Assembly (NCBI GenBank): GCA_001599295.1
Contig: BCGN01000003.1
Location: 930,001 to 994,000 of the forward strand
DNA from: Sporopachydermia quercuum
Taxonomy: Eukaryota
Direction of reading: 5' to 3'
DNA: 64,000 nt
In this document: piece after piece, positions 34,369 to 45,525 of the stretch
Layout of the letters: the number at the start of each line of letters is the position of its first letter
Position numbering within the stretch: the first letter of the stretch is position 1
Notes under the pieces: generated by a model
What the model was told of the DNA's origin: nothing
Database searches by the model: none
Seen by the model: the letters and a program-made list of their open reading frames with translations, nothing else
Position numbers and translations under genes: made by a program

Positions 34369-37300
34369 ATGAAAGAGCCAGTTATTGATATCATTCCGAA
34401 GAAGATAAGTGGCCTGGAATTCAGCGCAATGTCTGGTAAGGACATTGTAGCTCAGTCAGAAGTTGAGGTCACAACTAGGGATCTGTTCGATCTTGAGAAA
34501 GGAAGAGTACCTAAACAATCAGGAGCCTTGGACCCTCGTATGGGTATATCATCAAACGCTTCAGAATGTAAAACCTGTCATGGAAATTTGGCCTCTTGTC
34601 ATGGTCATTTTGGTCATATTCGTCTAGCTCTGCCTGTTTTTCATGTCGGTTACTTCAAAGCAGTTATTCAAGTTCTACAATCAATATGCAAAACTTGCGG
34701 TGCTGTGCTATTAGAAGAGAAGACCAAATGGCATTTTCTTAACGAATTGCGCCGTCCGGGAATTGATAATCTGAAACGAATGTCTATTATAAAGAAAATA
34801 GTGACTCAATGTAAAAAGCAAAGAAGATGTATCAAATGCGGTGCTATCAATGGTGTTGTAAAGAAAGCTGCTGCAGGTAATACTTCGGCATCCTTAAAAA
34901 TTATTCATGATACTTATAGATGGATTGGTAAAAAGCCATGTCCAGAAAAGATTAAATTTGATGAGGATTTGGCGAACGTTGCTAAGCAATCACCAGAAGC
35001 TGAAAAGTTTCTGAAACGTGCAATGGATGATTTAAACCCTTTAAAAGTACTGAACTTATTCAAAATGGTTTCACCATCAGACTGTGAGCTGCTTGGTGTT
35101 GATCCTTCAAAAGGTGGCAGATTGGAGACATATATATGGAGATATTTACCCGCACCTCCAGTTTGCATAAGACCTTCTGTTGTGATGTCTGATGATACAA
35201 GTAATGAAGACGATCTAACAGTTAAATTGACGGAAATTGTTTGGACATCTCAATTAATCCGCAGTGGATTAGAAAAAGGTGTTTCTGTTAACAGTCTCAT
35301 GGAACAATGGGACTATCTACAACTCTCTGTTGCTATGTATATAAATTCTGATGCTGCATCTTATGGTAATATAATGGGCGGTAACACTCCTGGTGGTGGA
35401 AGTGCTGCATCAAAACCAAAGCCTATCAGAGGTTTCTGCCAGAGGCTAAAAGGTAAACAAGGTCGTTTTAGAGGTAATTTATCGGGTAAAAGAGTGGACT
35501 TCTCCGGTAGGACAGTCATCTCTCCTGATCCAAACTTAAGTATTGATGAAGTAGCTGTTCCTGACAGAGTAGCTAAAATCCTAACATATCCTGAACGAGT
35601 CACCAGATATAATATTCAAAAACTGAAAAAACTAGTACTCAATGGTCCTACTGTTTATCCTGGTGCTAATTATTTGCTAAAGAAAAATGAACAGTTTAAA
35701 CGAAACCTTCGCTTTGCTGATAAAGCCAAACTATCAAAAGCTCTAGCTATTGGTGATCTGGTAGAAAGGCATTTAGAAGATGGTGACATTGTTTTATTCA
35801 ATCGTCAACCAAGTTTGCATAGACTTTCCATTCTATCGCATTTTGCTAAGATACGTCCTTGGAGAACATTCCGGTTGAACGAATGTGTATGCACACCTTA
35901 TAATGCTGATTTTGATGGTGATGAAATGAATCTACACGTTCCTCAAACTGAAGAAGCAAGAGCAGAAGCTATGTATCTTATGGGAGTTAAAAATAACCTG
36001 GTCACGCCTAGATCTGGTGAACCTATTATTGCTGCTACGCAAGATTTCATTACTGGGTCTTATCTCATATCTCATAAAGATTCATTCTTTGATAGAGCAA
36101 CATTTACCCAAATTCTCTCAATGATGTCTGATGGTATAACTCAGTTTGATTTGCCTCCTCCTGCTATTCATAAGCCAGTATATCTATGGACTGGCAAGCA
36201 AGTGTTTTCTTTGTTAATCAAACCAAACAAAGATTCACCAGTACTGATCAACTTGGACGCTAAGAATAAAACATTTATCCCACCAAAGAAACCTCATTTT
36301 GCTACTGAGATGTCACCAAATGATTCCTTTGTCATCATTAGAGGCTCACAAGTGCTATCTGGTGTCATGGATAAAAGCACTCTTGGTGATGGTAAAAAAC
36401 ATAATGTGTTTTACACTATACTGCGTGATTATGGTCCTCATTATGCAGCTCAAGCAATGAACCGTATGGCTAAAATGTGTGCTCGATTCTTAGGCAACAG
36501 AGGGTTTTCTATTGGTATTAATGATGTCATGCCTGGCAGTACATTATCTTCCATGAAAGACAAAATGGTTGAAGCTGCTTATACTAACTGTGATAATTTG
36601 ATTGACCTTTTCACTGAGGGTAAATTAGAGACTCAACCTGGTTGTAATGAAGAACAGACCTTGGAAGCGAAAATTGGTGGTTTATTATCAAAAGTTAGAG
36701 AAGAAGTTGGCGAGATCTGCATTCGTGAATTAGATAAGTCTAATGCTCCATTGATTATGGCTACTTGTGGGTCTAAAGGATCCACATTAAATGTGTCTCA
36801 GATGGTAGCTGTTGTGGGACAGCAGATTATCTCTGGTAATCGTGTTCCAGATGGGTTTCAAGATCGTTCATTACCTCATTTCCCTAAGAATTCGAAGACT
36901 CCGCAGTCTAAAGGGTTTGTTCGTAATTCATTCTTTTCTGGCTTAACACCACCAGAATTTCTCTTCCATGCTATCTCTGGAAGAGAGGGTCTTGTCGACA
37001 CAGCTGTTAAAACAGCAGAAACGGGATATATGTCTAGACGGCTGATGAAATCATTAGAAGATTTAAGTGGTAATTACGATCTCACAGTTAGAAATTCAAG
37101 CAATGGTATTGTTCAATTTACTTATGGTGGTGATGGATTAGATCCTTTTGATATGGAAGGTGACGCCAGACCTGTAAATTTCGTTAGAACTTGGAATCAT
37201 GCTTATAATGTTACATTTCATCATGATGATACTCCATTATACCCTTATGAAGTTCTTGAAGTTTGTAACAATTACCTTAAGCCTTTGATTGATCAGTTCA

Positions 37301-38754
37301 TCCGTAAAGATTCCTTAGGGAAACCTATTACTGATATAGCTGAGAAGGAGAGATTAGAATATACAGATGAGCATGACTCTGAGCGTGAGTTCTATGCTTC
37401 TGTTGGTGAATTTATTGCTAGCAAGGCTAAGATGCTTGCTGATATCCGTACAGGTAAGAAACTACCCGGATTACTTACATATAATAAGAAGGAGCTCGCT
37501 CTTGACAAGAAAGGTGCTATTACCAGTAAAATAGCAGCCAATCAATTACTAAAGATATCAAGACCTATGATTGTCAAATTCCTTGAAATTGTGTGTCAGA
37601 AATACAGTAAAGCTAAAGTAGAACCAGGAACAGCCGTTGGTGCTATTGGTGCTCAATCTATTGGTGAACCAGGTACTCAGATGACCCTGAAGACTTTTCA
37701 TTTCGCTGGTGTTGCTTCTATGAACGTCACTTTGGGTGTGCCTCGTATCAAGGAAATTATCAATGCTGCTAAGACCATTTCGACACCTATTATCAATGCT
37801 GTGTTGGTCAATCCTGAAGATGAAAGAGCTGCTAGAGTTGTCAAAGGAAGAGTTGAGAAAACATTACTGGAAGACGTTGTGTTTTATATCCAAGATGTTT
37901 ATCATGATGATCAAGCTTTCCTCAGTGTCAAGGTTGATTTACGTACTATTGAAAAACTACAGTTGGAATTGACTATCGATGATATATGTAAAGCTATTGT
38001 GAAAGCTCCCAAGCTCAAGATCTCTTCTCTGGACGTTCGGGTTATCGATAATGACAAGATCAATATTCGTGTTACTGAAGACTCTAAGCTTAAAGGAACC
38101 AGTATTGTTCCTGGAGCAAATGTGTTCACCAACACTACTCAAGAAGCAGCTTTGTTCTTTAGAATTCAACATCTAAGAAGGGTCCTTCCAAAGATTGTTG
38201 TGAAAGGTCTTCCCGATATTTCCAGAGCAGTTATCAATATACGTGATGATGGTAAGAAGGAACTTCTTGTTGAAGGCTATGGTCTAAAAGAAGTCATGTG
38301 TACTGAAGGTGTTGTTGGAACAAGAACCAGTACCAATCACGTGTTGGAAGTAGCTCAGACTCTAGGCATCGAAGCTGCTAGATCATCTATTATTGGAGAA
38401 ATTGACTATACTATGGCAAAGCATGGTATGTCTGTTGATCCCAGACATATCCAATTATTGGGTGATGTTATGACATATAAGGGAGAAGTGTTAGGTATCA
38501 CTAGATTTGGTTTGGCAAAGATGAGAGATTCTGTTTTACAGCTGGCATCATTTGAAAAGACTACGGATCATTTGTTTGATGCTAGTTTTTATATGAAGAA
38601 TGATGCAATTGAAGGTGTCAGCGAATGCATTATTCTTGGTCAAACTATGAATATAGGTACTGGTAGTTTCAAGGTTGTTCAAAAAACAGATTTCAATCAT
38701 GAGGATACTATGAGAAGAGCGTCTTTGTTTGAGAAGTTATGTGAGGTTTATTAA
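34369..38754 (+). CDS. RPO31: RNA polymerase III largest subunit (C160/RPC1)
   Basis: 1461 aa with the Zn motif CKTCHGNLASCHGHFGH, GKQGRFRGNLSGKRVDFSGRTVISPDP and catalytic YNADFDGDEMN. It has Pol III-type SGNRVPDGFQDRSLPHF and lacks a heptad CTD. Confidence 0.97.
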   Translation: MKEPVIDIIPKKISGLEFSAMSGKDIVAQSEVEVTTRDLFDLEKGRVPKQSGALDPRMGISSNASECKTCHGNLASCHGHFGHIRLALPVFHVGYFKAVIQVLQSICKTCGAVLLEEKTKWHFLNELRRPGIDNLKRMSIIKKIVTQCKKQRRCIKCGAINGVVKKAAAGNTSASLKIIHDTYRWIGKKPCPEKIKFDEDLANVAKQSPEAEKFLKRAMDDLNPLKVLNLFKMVSPSDCELLGVDPSKGGRLETYIWRYLPAPPVCIRPSVVMSDDTSNEDDLTVKLTEIVWTSQLIRSGLEKGVSVNSLMEQWDYLQLSVAMYINSDAASYGNIMGGNTPGGGSAASKPKPIRGFCQRLKGKQGRFRGNLSGKRVDFSGRTVISPDPNLSIDEVAVPDRVAKILTYPERVTRYNIQKLKKLVLNGPTVYPGANYLLKKNEQFKRNLRFADKAKLSKALAIGDLVERHLEDGDIVLFNRQPSLHRLSILSHFAKIRPWRTFRLNECVCTPYNADFDGDEMNLHVPQTEEARAEAMYLMGVKNNLVTPRSGEPIIAATQDFITGSYLISHKDSFFDRATFTQILSMMSDGITQFDLPPPAIHKPVYLWTGKQVFSLLIKPNKDSPVLINLDAKNKTFIPPKKPHFATEMSPNDSFVIIRGSQVLSGVMDKSTLGDGKKHNVFYTILRDYGPHYAAQAMNRMAKMCARFLGNRGFSIGINDVMPGSTLSSMKDKMVEAAYTNCDNLIDLFTEGKLETQPGCNEEQTLEAKIGGLLSKVREEVGEICIRELDKSNAPLIMATCGSKGSTLNVSQMVAVVGQQIISGNRVPDGFQDRSLPHFPKNSKTPQSKGFVRNSFFSGLTPPEFLFHAISGREGLVDTAVKTAETGYMSRRLMKSLEDLSGNYDLTVRNSSNGIVQFTYGGDGLDPFDMEGDARPVNFVRTWNHAYNVTFHHDDTPLYPYEVLEVCNNYLKPLIDQFIRKDSLGKPITDIAEKERLEYTDEHDSEREFYASVGEFIASKAKMLADIRTGKKLPGLLTYNKKELALDKKGAITSKIAANQLLKISRPMIVKFLEIVCQKYSKAKVEPGTAVGAIGAQSIGEPGTQMTLKTFHFAGVASMNVTLGVPRIKEIINAAKTISTPIINAVLVNPEDERAARVVKGRVEKTLLEDVVFYIQDVYHDDQAFLSVKVDLRTIEKLQLELTIDDICKAIVKAPKLKISSLDVRVIDNDKINIRVTEDSKLKGTSIVPGANVFTNTTQEAALFFRIQHLRRVLPKIVVKGLPDISRAVINIRDDGKKELLVEGYGLKEVMCTEGVVGTRTSTNHVLEVAQTLGIEAARSSIIGEIDYTMAKHGMSVDPRHIQLLGDVMTYKGEVLGITRFGLAKMRDSVLQLASFEKTTDHLFDASFYMKNDAIEGVSECIILGQTMNIGTGSFKVVQKTDFNHEDTMRRASLFEKLCEVY

Positions 38755-40340
38755 TGGTGAAGTGTGGTATCCAGTAAATAATTTATTATGTCTAACGATC
38801 AGAATGCTTTATTTTAACAGGAATGGAACCGTAGGAATAATTTTTGGTGAGGTTATTTTTAATGAGCATGACATAAACATCATTATGATGTGTTATGTCA
38901 TTTATTAATGTTTTGAACCAATGCTATATGCAATGAAGTTTTAGAGACCGATAAGCAGTTCCATGTTTGAGAAACAGAGCTACAATTTTTATTTACGAAG
39001 AGAGATGCAAATAAGTTGAATCAGTTTATTCCTTTATTTCTTTGTTTCTTTTTTCTCTTTAACCTTCATGCGAACACCCTCGAGAGCATTGAGGTAATCG
39101 TTGAGTTTAAATATATATGCAGTCCCAATGCAACAGCCGAACTAGCTTTTTTCACCTTTTAACTTTTAACCGCGGAATAAAGAAAGAAGCAGTTACTTTG
39201 GTTGAGATCTTCTAGAGTGTCTAAATGAGGGAGGAAGGTTTTATGAAATTTTTTGAACTTTGAACCAGCAATTCAATAATCATCATTCTATGTTAGTTTC
39301 TATCAGATGAATAATACTTTATCCTGAGTATATCAATTTCTTTTCATTTGAAGAAAATTGAGGTTTTGACATATGTTATGCACTATTCCTGAATAGGAAG
39401 GTGAAAGGAATAGCCCAGGATTTTGTTAAGTCGTCAAGTATTTGAGAGGACAATTAGTCAAATGAAAAATTGAACTTGAGCAGATGTATCAAATACAGCA
39501 GTACAAGTAGGCTGCAGAACTCTGATACAATAAACCCCAATAAATATCTCACTCAGGCTTTCAAACTAAATTAATACCATAAATAATCCAGCAGCCTAGT
39601 TCTTCTGACTATTATTATCACCAGGCGAGGTTGGCGTTAATACTGCTATCATTCGTCATAAAAAGACTAAATCTTCACACTGTTCAATGCAAGGATCGGG
39701 TTCGTTCAATATAATCCATAGTTATACTTACAATTTTTGGTCTTCTCAGTATTCATTTGCATCCATTGCCCTATTTTTGTCATGCAATAAACAGATCTTT
39801 TCTGATCACAATTTTTCTCTGTCTCCTTTTTGAATATTTAAAGTTTGACTTTCTCAACCTCAAACAGTAGAAGTTCCACTAAGCCATGTATGTTTATGCA
39901 TAATCTCGTAAATACTCGTAAAATAAGCTCTATCCATTGCTCAGGTAATATAAAAAAATTTCAACCTGGTAGTTAAGCCTTTGGACGGCTCTCTTTTCTA
40001 CCTTATTGCAGAAATAAAAAGCAGAATGTTTCTCTTCCTTTCCTTTAGTTCCTAAGTTACAATGATGCTTTTTAGTCCTAAGCTGCTTGAGACCCGACAG
40101 TTTGCTTCACTGGATTATTTGTTCATATATAACTGAGCTTATAGCCCTTCAGACTCAACTAATTATTTTTTCACTTTTTTCGTCCAGTATTACTAGTTAC
40201 ACATCATCCATCATATGAACTATTGATATAGTTTACCATCAAACAATACATCAATTGGGTCCTCTTACCTCCCAAAAAATCAACCGATTTGAAGAAACAA
40301 TACCATCACATAAGAAGTCAATTTCATCATACAGTTAATA

Positions 40341-41441
40341 ATGGCATATTTGCAAGATGAAGCTGATTTTGAATTCGATGCCATTAAAGCCTTCAGAAAG
40401 AAAGAACCAATAGTTCAGCATAACAATTTATCGTTGACTGTATCAAAGACCAGCTCCCACATTGAAGCACCCTTATCATCTATAAGGAATTTATCTATTG
40501 CTAGCATTTCCTGCCTGAAATGTGGCAGAATCAAAGTATCTGGTGATTGTTTGAGCTGTGATCGTCATTCTCCTACCTTAGGACTTGCCACAACTTTAAA
40601 TAGTTCACGTGAGACCAATGACTTCAATGAATCATTAAAGGAACCTTTTACCTATATGATATCAAGTACCAATAGTGATAATAGAAGAAGAGTTAATGAA
40701 GAGTGCAGTGCCAAGTCAGAAGGAAAACAGAGAACCAAAAAGCTGAGAGGTAAGTTTCCTTATGCTTGTACGGAATCAGCCTCTACGGTGTCACCTTGCT
40801 TTAATGATCCTTTGAAGCAAGTGCATAGACCAAAGCCTTATTATGCTTGCGAGATATCACCAATGAATGACTGTAGGCGGAATATTCCATATCAACCAAA
40901 ACCTCGCGACCTACATTTGATAACTGCTTTCTCTAACCCTTATGTTTTATTAATGAAAAGAAATATTGAAAAGTCAGCGACTAAAATACTGAATGTTCTA
41001 AACACGATTGAACCTAGTGAAGAAAGTAAAACTACTATTCAACAGCTTCTAGCTGTTGTCGAGGAATTAAACGAGTCTAATAAATCTGTCTCTGAGCTCA
41101 AACTATTGCATGATATCCTTAACAGTCTAGTTAGTGATTTAGGCACCCCAGGATGGACGATTGAAACTACAAATGTTACACCCTTACCAGAATTGCATTA
41201 CGATGATCTGAACAATGGTGCCACTGGCAGAAGTACACCAGACTCTTTATACGAATCATCAACACCATCGATTACACCCAAATCAACATCCTGCATGGCA
41301 TCATTTTCATTTACAATGGACCCGACATTAGAATACAACTCCCTCTCTAAAGAAGAGGAAAAAATAATGGAAGAGATAGGAATAGTTGCATCGCCAACTG
41401 TTATGGAAATAGGAGTAGAGGATTATCTATTAGATTGCTAG
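40341..41441 (+). CDS. Hypothetical protein with a CxxC-x8-CxxC motif
   Basis: 366-aa ORF with good start context (ATAATGG), CLKCGRIKVSGDCLSC, a helical central segment and an acidic C-terminus. Family not recognised. Confidence 0.7.
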   Translation: MAYLQDEADFEFDAIKAFRKKEPIVQHNNLSLTVSKTSSHIEAPLSSIRNLSIASISCLKCGRIKVSGDCLSCDRHSPTLGLATTLNSSRETNDFNESLKEPFTYMISSTNSDNRRRVNEECSAKSEGKQRTKKLRGKFPYACTESASTVSPCFNDPLKQVHRPKPYYACEISPMNDCRRNIPYQPKPRDLHLITAFSNPYVLLMKRNIEKSATKILNVLNTIEPSEESKTTIQQLLAVVEELNESNKSVSELKLLHDILNSLVSDLGTPGWTIETTNVTPLPELHYDDLNNGATGRSTPDSLYESSTPSITPKSTSCMASFSFTMDPTLEYNSLSKEEEKIMEEIGIVASPTVMEIGVEDYLLDC

Positions 41442-41629
41442 AGAAATTAGTACTACAAGCGTGATGATGATTCAAACTCTTACTTTCTATTACTATCTAT
41501 TCAATTCTGCACATAGCCCTAATTGCATAATATAATAACAATAAATAAATAAAAATTTGCATCAAAATTACTATTTACATATAAATGACCATAGACCATT
41601 CTAAGACATATTTCATAAACTCATTTCTT

Positions 41630-42724
41630 TCATTTCTGTCTGACCAAATTCCTAATATCAACATCTCGTCTTTTGAACGCATTCTCACAGTAATCTATTA
41701 CTGGTATCGTTCTATTGATACGATTTGAGTTATCTAGCCAATCTATATCATCACATTTAGGATCCCTACCCAGTAGCTCGTTAATCACCTGCCTGAGACC
41801 AACTTCCTTAATTCCAAAAACAATATCCAATGCCAAAATCCATGGAGGATAAAATAGATTTAGCTTTGGAGTTTCCGGCACTTCTAGTTGCTGTACTCCT
41901 TCTCTTTCTTCCTCTGAAGCTGACTTTACCTTGTAATCATTAGAGCTGCGTATTATTTCAGCTAAAGTATTACGGTTCAAATCTGGTGATAAGTATTTGA
42001 AATAAAACAGAATATGCCCAAGTATTGTAGGTAAAATTAAAGACAATATTCGATCAAATACTTGATTGTTGCCCGTTCGCAGATAATATTTTAGAAGTAA
42101 TGGTATGGTTAGTAGCATTTCCATAATATGGATAAAAGGGCCTCTGATTTGTATTATGTTGAAAACGTGAAACACAGCATTGATATCGTGAACTTGATAA
42201 ACATAGGAGATGGTTGACGCAGAAAAATCGCCTATTGTCGTTGCCGTTAGCCTGAAAAAGTAAATAGTCACTGCTGAACATATATTAGTAATTATCAGGA
42301 ACCATATGAATGTGTGAATACCAATGGTGCTGCTCTGTCGTATGAAGTTTCTTTCTTGTATTTGCTGTAACTTTTCCCTTTCAGCGTCAGAAAGGTATTT
42401 CTTATTTGTTGGTACTTTTCTAGTGAATTTATACCTTGATGTACCATTGGAGGCCTTTTCTATACTCCCGAAGCTCCCTAGATGGAACAAAAACCTGAAA
42501 ATTGTCGTGAAAGGACCATCAGACAGGAGTTGTCTCCACAAAAAAGGTTGAACTAACAATTGCCAATATTGTCGGTTTGGTGGATGCAGATAATTGTGAG
42601 GAGCAATGTAGAGGAAAGGAAGTATGCGTTTCCCTGTTAAATAAGTTACTATTAAGACAGATGGGAGGAGAATTCTAGTTACAGGTGGATAAAACTGCAG
42701 GGACCATAATAATGCCTGATCCAT
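41630..42724 (-). CDS. Divergent derlin (Der1-like ERAD rhomboid pseudoprotease)
   Basis: 364 aa with N-terminal YPPVTR, QYWQLLVQPF (at the WR-motif position), several TM segments, VFHVFNIIQIRGPFI and ILGHILFYF. Confidence 0.6.
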   Translation of the reverse strand: MDQALLWSLQFYPPVTRILLPSVLIVTYLTGKRILPFLYIAPHNYLHPPNRQYWQLLVQPFLWRQLLSDGPFTTIFRFLFHLGSFGSIEKASNGTSRYKFTRKVPTNKKYLSDAEREKLQQIQERNFIRQSSTIGIHTFIWFLIITNICSAVTIYFFRLTATTIGDFSASTISYVYQVHDINAVFHVFNIIQIRGPFIHIMEMLLTIPLLLKYYLRTGNNQVFDRILSLILPTILGHILFYFKYLSPDLNRNTLAEIIRSSNDYKVKSASEEEREGVQQLEVPETPKLNLFYPPWILALDIVFGIKEVGLRQVINELLGRDPKCDDIDWLDNSNRINRTIPVIDYCENAFKRRDVDIRNLVRQK

Positions 42725-43966
42725 TGTGAAATAGTACCGGTGATAATGATATTTGTTATTGTTCCGTGATATAACGTAGCTGGTGTCGTTACTATTGTGC
42801 CAGTATTATGGAAGAAAGATACAGTAATAATTGAGCATATAAGACTCTCTTTCGGTACCTTAGTTCCTTATGAATTCTTTTCCTATATTCTTTTCCTATA
42901 TTCCAACTAATCCTATGGATCTTCGCCATTCATACATGAACACAAACAATATAATTATTACTTCAAATCAATTGAGTTCAATTCATATGATTATATAAGC
43001 GTCACCTGTTGATATTTATTCCATTATCATATTCTCACTACTACTGATGATATGGGTTATCTAACAATCTAATCTTTCTTACTTTGCCTTCAGAATGTTT
43101 AGATTTCTAACACAGCACTTTATAGTAAGCAAATTCACCTATAATACAGAATAAAGATGCTTGGATTCATCAAATCAAGTACCATTCAAATATACAAGTC
43201 TATTATGACCCATCCACTGGGAATTAATTATCTGTTGATATAAAGCCTAAGAGATATGGCTTTAGGGGAAGTAATCTGTCACAATCAATTATGTAGAGTT
43301 TGAACGGAGATTAGATCATTTATGATTATGTAATACATTATTTGTTGGAAGTTGAAGAGGAAGGAGCTCCGGGAAGCTTGAGACAACATAGGCGTGTTTT
43401 AATAAGATAATTAAAAGATTATCAGTAAATAGAAAGAGGAATAATGGGGAAACAATATCTTTTTGATTAGAGCATAGTTGCAGATATTCGATTAATCATT
43501 GTAATGGCTATTTGGCGTGATTCAACTATTTGCGTCTCATTTCCAGTCAATTCACGGGTATTCCTGCTCATGTTACTGCAACTTAATCCACATCTTGCAG
43601 AGTATTACATAAACCTTATCTTGCAAACCAATTTCAGCATTTTCGTTTTCACATGCAAAGAATTCTTGCAATAAGAGGGACATTCTTGATACATTGATAT
43701 TCGTCTCTCTCTTGTCAACAATTATGTCTGATCTATTGATTATTCTACAAAAATAGATTGATCATAATGTTTTCTTTTGTATTGGTATAACTATTATAGT
43801 ATTCTCTGGTAGGAAATCAACACAACTGAACATATTGGACTACCATTATTTATTATATGTGAATCAACTACATCTCTAGTATCTTAGCTGCCATCTTGAT
43901 TGAACTACTTACAGTACAACACTTGCGTAGAACCAGACCATTGTCATATGTTGAATTGCATATAAA

Positions 43967-45141
43967 ATGGAGAAGAAAAACATATTGTTGAAAGTAGAAC
44001 TAGAAACCCCGAAATGGAGTAATGAGCAAGAAAAAGAACTAGTAATACCATTTGATTATCTATTGTCAAGACCAGGTAAAGAGTTCAGAAAGCAGCTACT
44101 GGTGGCGTTTAATAATATCATAGGATGCTCTGAAGACAATCTAGAAAAGATTGAAAAGGTGATCGAACAGCTCCATGTTGCATCATTGTTAATTGATGAT
44201 GTAGAAGATGATGCTAAATTAAGGAGAGGAGCACCTGCTGCTCATTGTGTTTACGGGGTAGCTCAAACTATTAATACTTCTAACTATATCTATTTCACTA
44301 CAATGAAATTCGTTAAAGAGGAATTATGTGCAGATGATGATATGAAATGCATGAATATTTTTTTAGATGAAATGATTTATTTGCATAGAGGACAAGGAAT
44401 GGATTTATACTGGCGGGATAACTTCCTATGTCCTTCAGAAGATGAGTATTTGGATATGGTGATGAACAGTAAGTGTGTTATTGTCAGCTGGTAGCTATAA
44501 TGTTAAGTAGATAATTGATTGCTAACATTGCATTGATAGAAACGGGTGGATTATTTAGAATGGCGGTGCGTTTCCTAATAGCGAAATCTAATTACGAAAA
44601 GTGAGTACAGCTTGTGTGATCATTCTCTGACTTTTACCAGATCATGTCAACTAACAATCGAACGATCTAGAAATGATCTGATACCTCTGACAAACCTACT
44701 GGGCATAATATATCAGATATACGATGATTACAAGAACTTGCAGTCTGAGAAATATCAGATCAACAAAGGATTCTGTGAGGATATTTCTGAAGGAAAGTTT
44801 TCGTTTCCTATTATTCATGCTATATCATCTAGTGATGATACCGTAATTTATGGTAAGCACTGTTAACTATTCAGTTTTCCTTGTGAAGAATTTTCTTTTC
44901 AACCTGTTTATTTTCTAACGAACTCTCCATAGACATTCTTAAAACCCACCCTAAAGATCATGCCCCAAAAAGCGTTATTATTGATATAATGAAAGACAAA
45001 ACTAAAAGCTTTGACTATACAACATCAGCTTTGTTGCAACTCCAGGAGATAGCATTTGAACTCGTGAACAATCTTGACGAGGGTCCTGAAAATAAGAGTC
45101 TTTTACTTGATACAATAGCGCTAGTTATGAAAAACAAATAA
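43967..45141 (+). CDS. BTS1: Geranylgeranyl diphosphate synthase, four exons
   Basis: Exons 43967-44468, 44540-44600, 44671-44852 and 44933-45141 (317 aa). Introns GTAAGT..GCTAAC..TAG, GTGAGT..ACTAAC..TAG and GTAAGC..TCTAAC..TAG. Motifs [31 protein letters not shown] (formed across intron 1), YQIYDDYKN and [11 protein letters not shown]. Confidence 0.93.
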
Positions 45142-45218
45142 TACTTAATTAATAGCTTCTAGTGGTTTATTATAGAGCTTTTCATAGAACCGGAATTCTT
45201 CGAGAAGTATTGGTTTTA

Positions 45219-45228
45219 GCACGTGACG
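45219..45228. promoter_or_regulatory. Cbf1-type GTCACGTG site upstream of ALG6
   Basis: agcacgtgac (reverse complement GTCACGTGCT), ~300 bp upstream of the ALG6 ATG. Confidence 0.35.
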
Positions 45229-45525
45229 ATTTTGTCTCCGAAATATATAAGCCAGAAACCCTCTGGCTTCACCTGAGTTGAGACGCGAAGGGCATTTGCG
45301 TGGTATGTCTATAATGAACTCACATCTTTAAATCTGTGTATTTACTATCTACATTGTAATTAGTGTATAGTACGCTTTCGATCAAGGTTGCTTGGAATCA
45401 CTGTAATATACTTCAAGAACTGCATTGCGTATTGCTAGTCAGATTGTAACAGTGGTTAATTTACGCGGAAGTACCCTGTAAAACCAATTTACTAGCACTT
45501 AACAGTGCATTTTTTTCCACTTACA

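Noticed and set aside
45303..45525. Possible ALG6 5'UTR intron or GTG start
   Set aside because: GTATGT at 45303 has no convincingly spaced branch/acceptor, and the ATG at 45526 already gives a full-length N-terminus.
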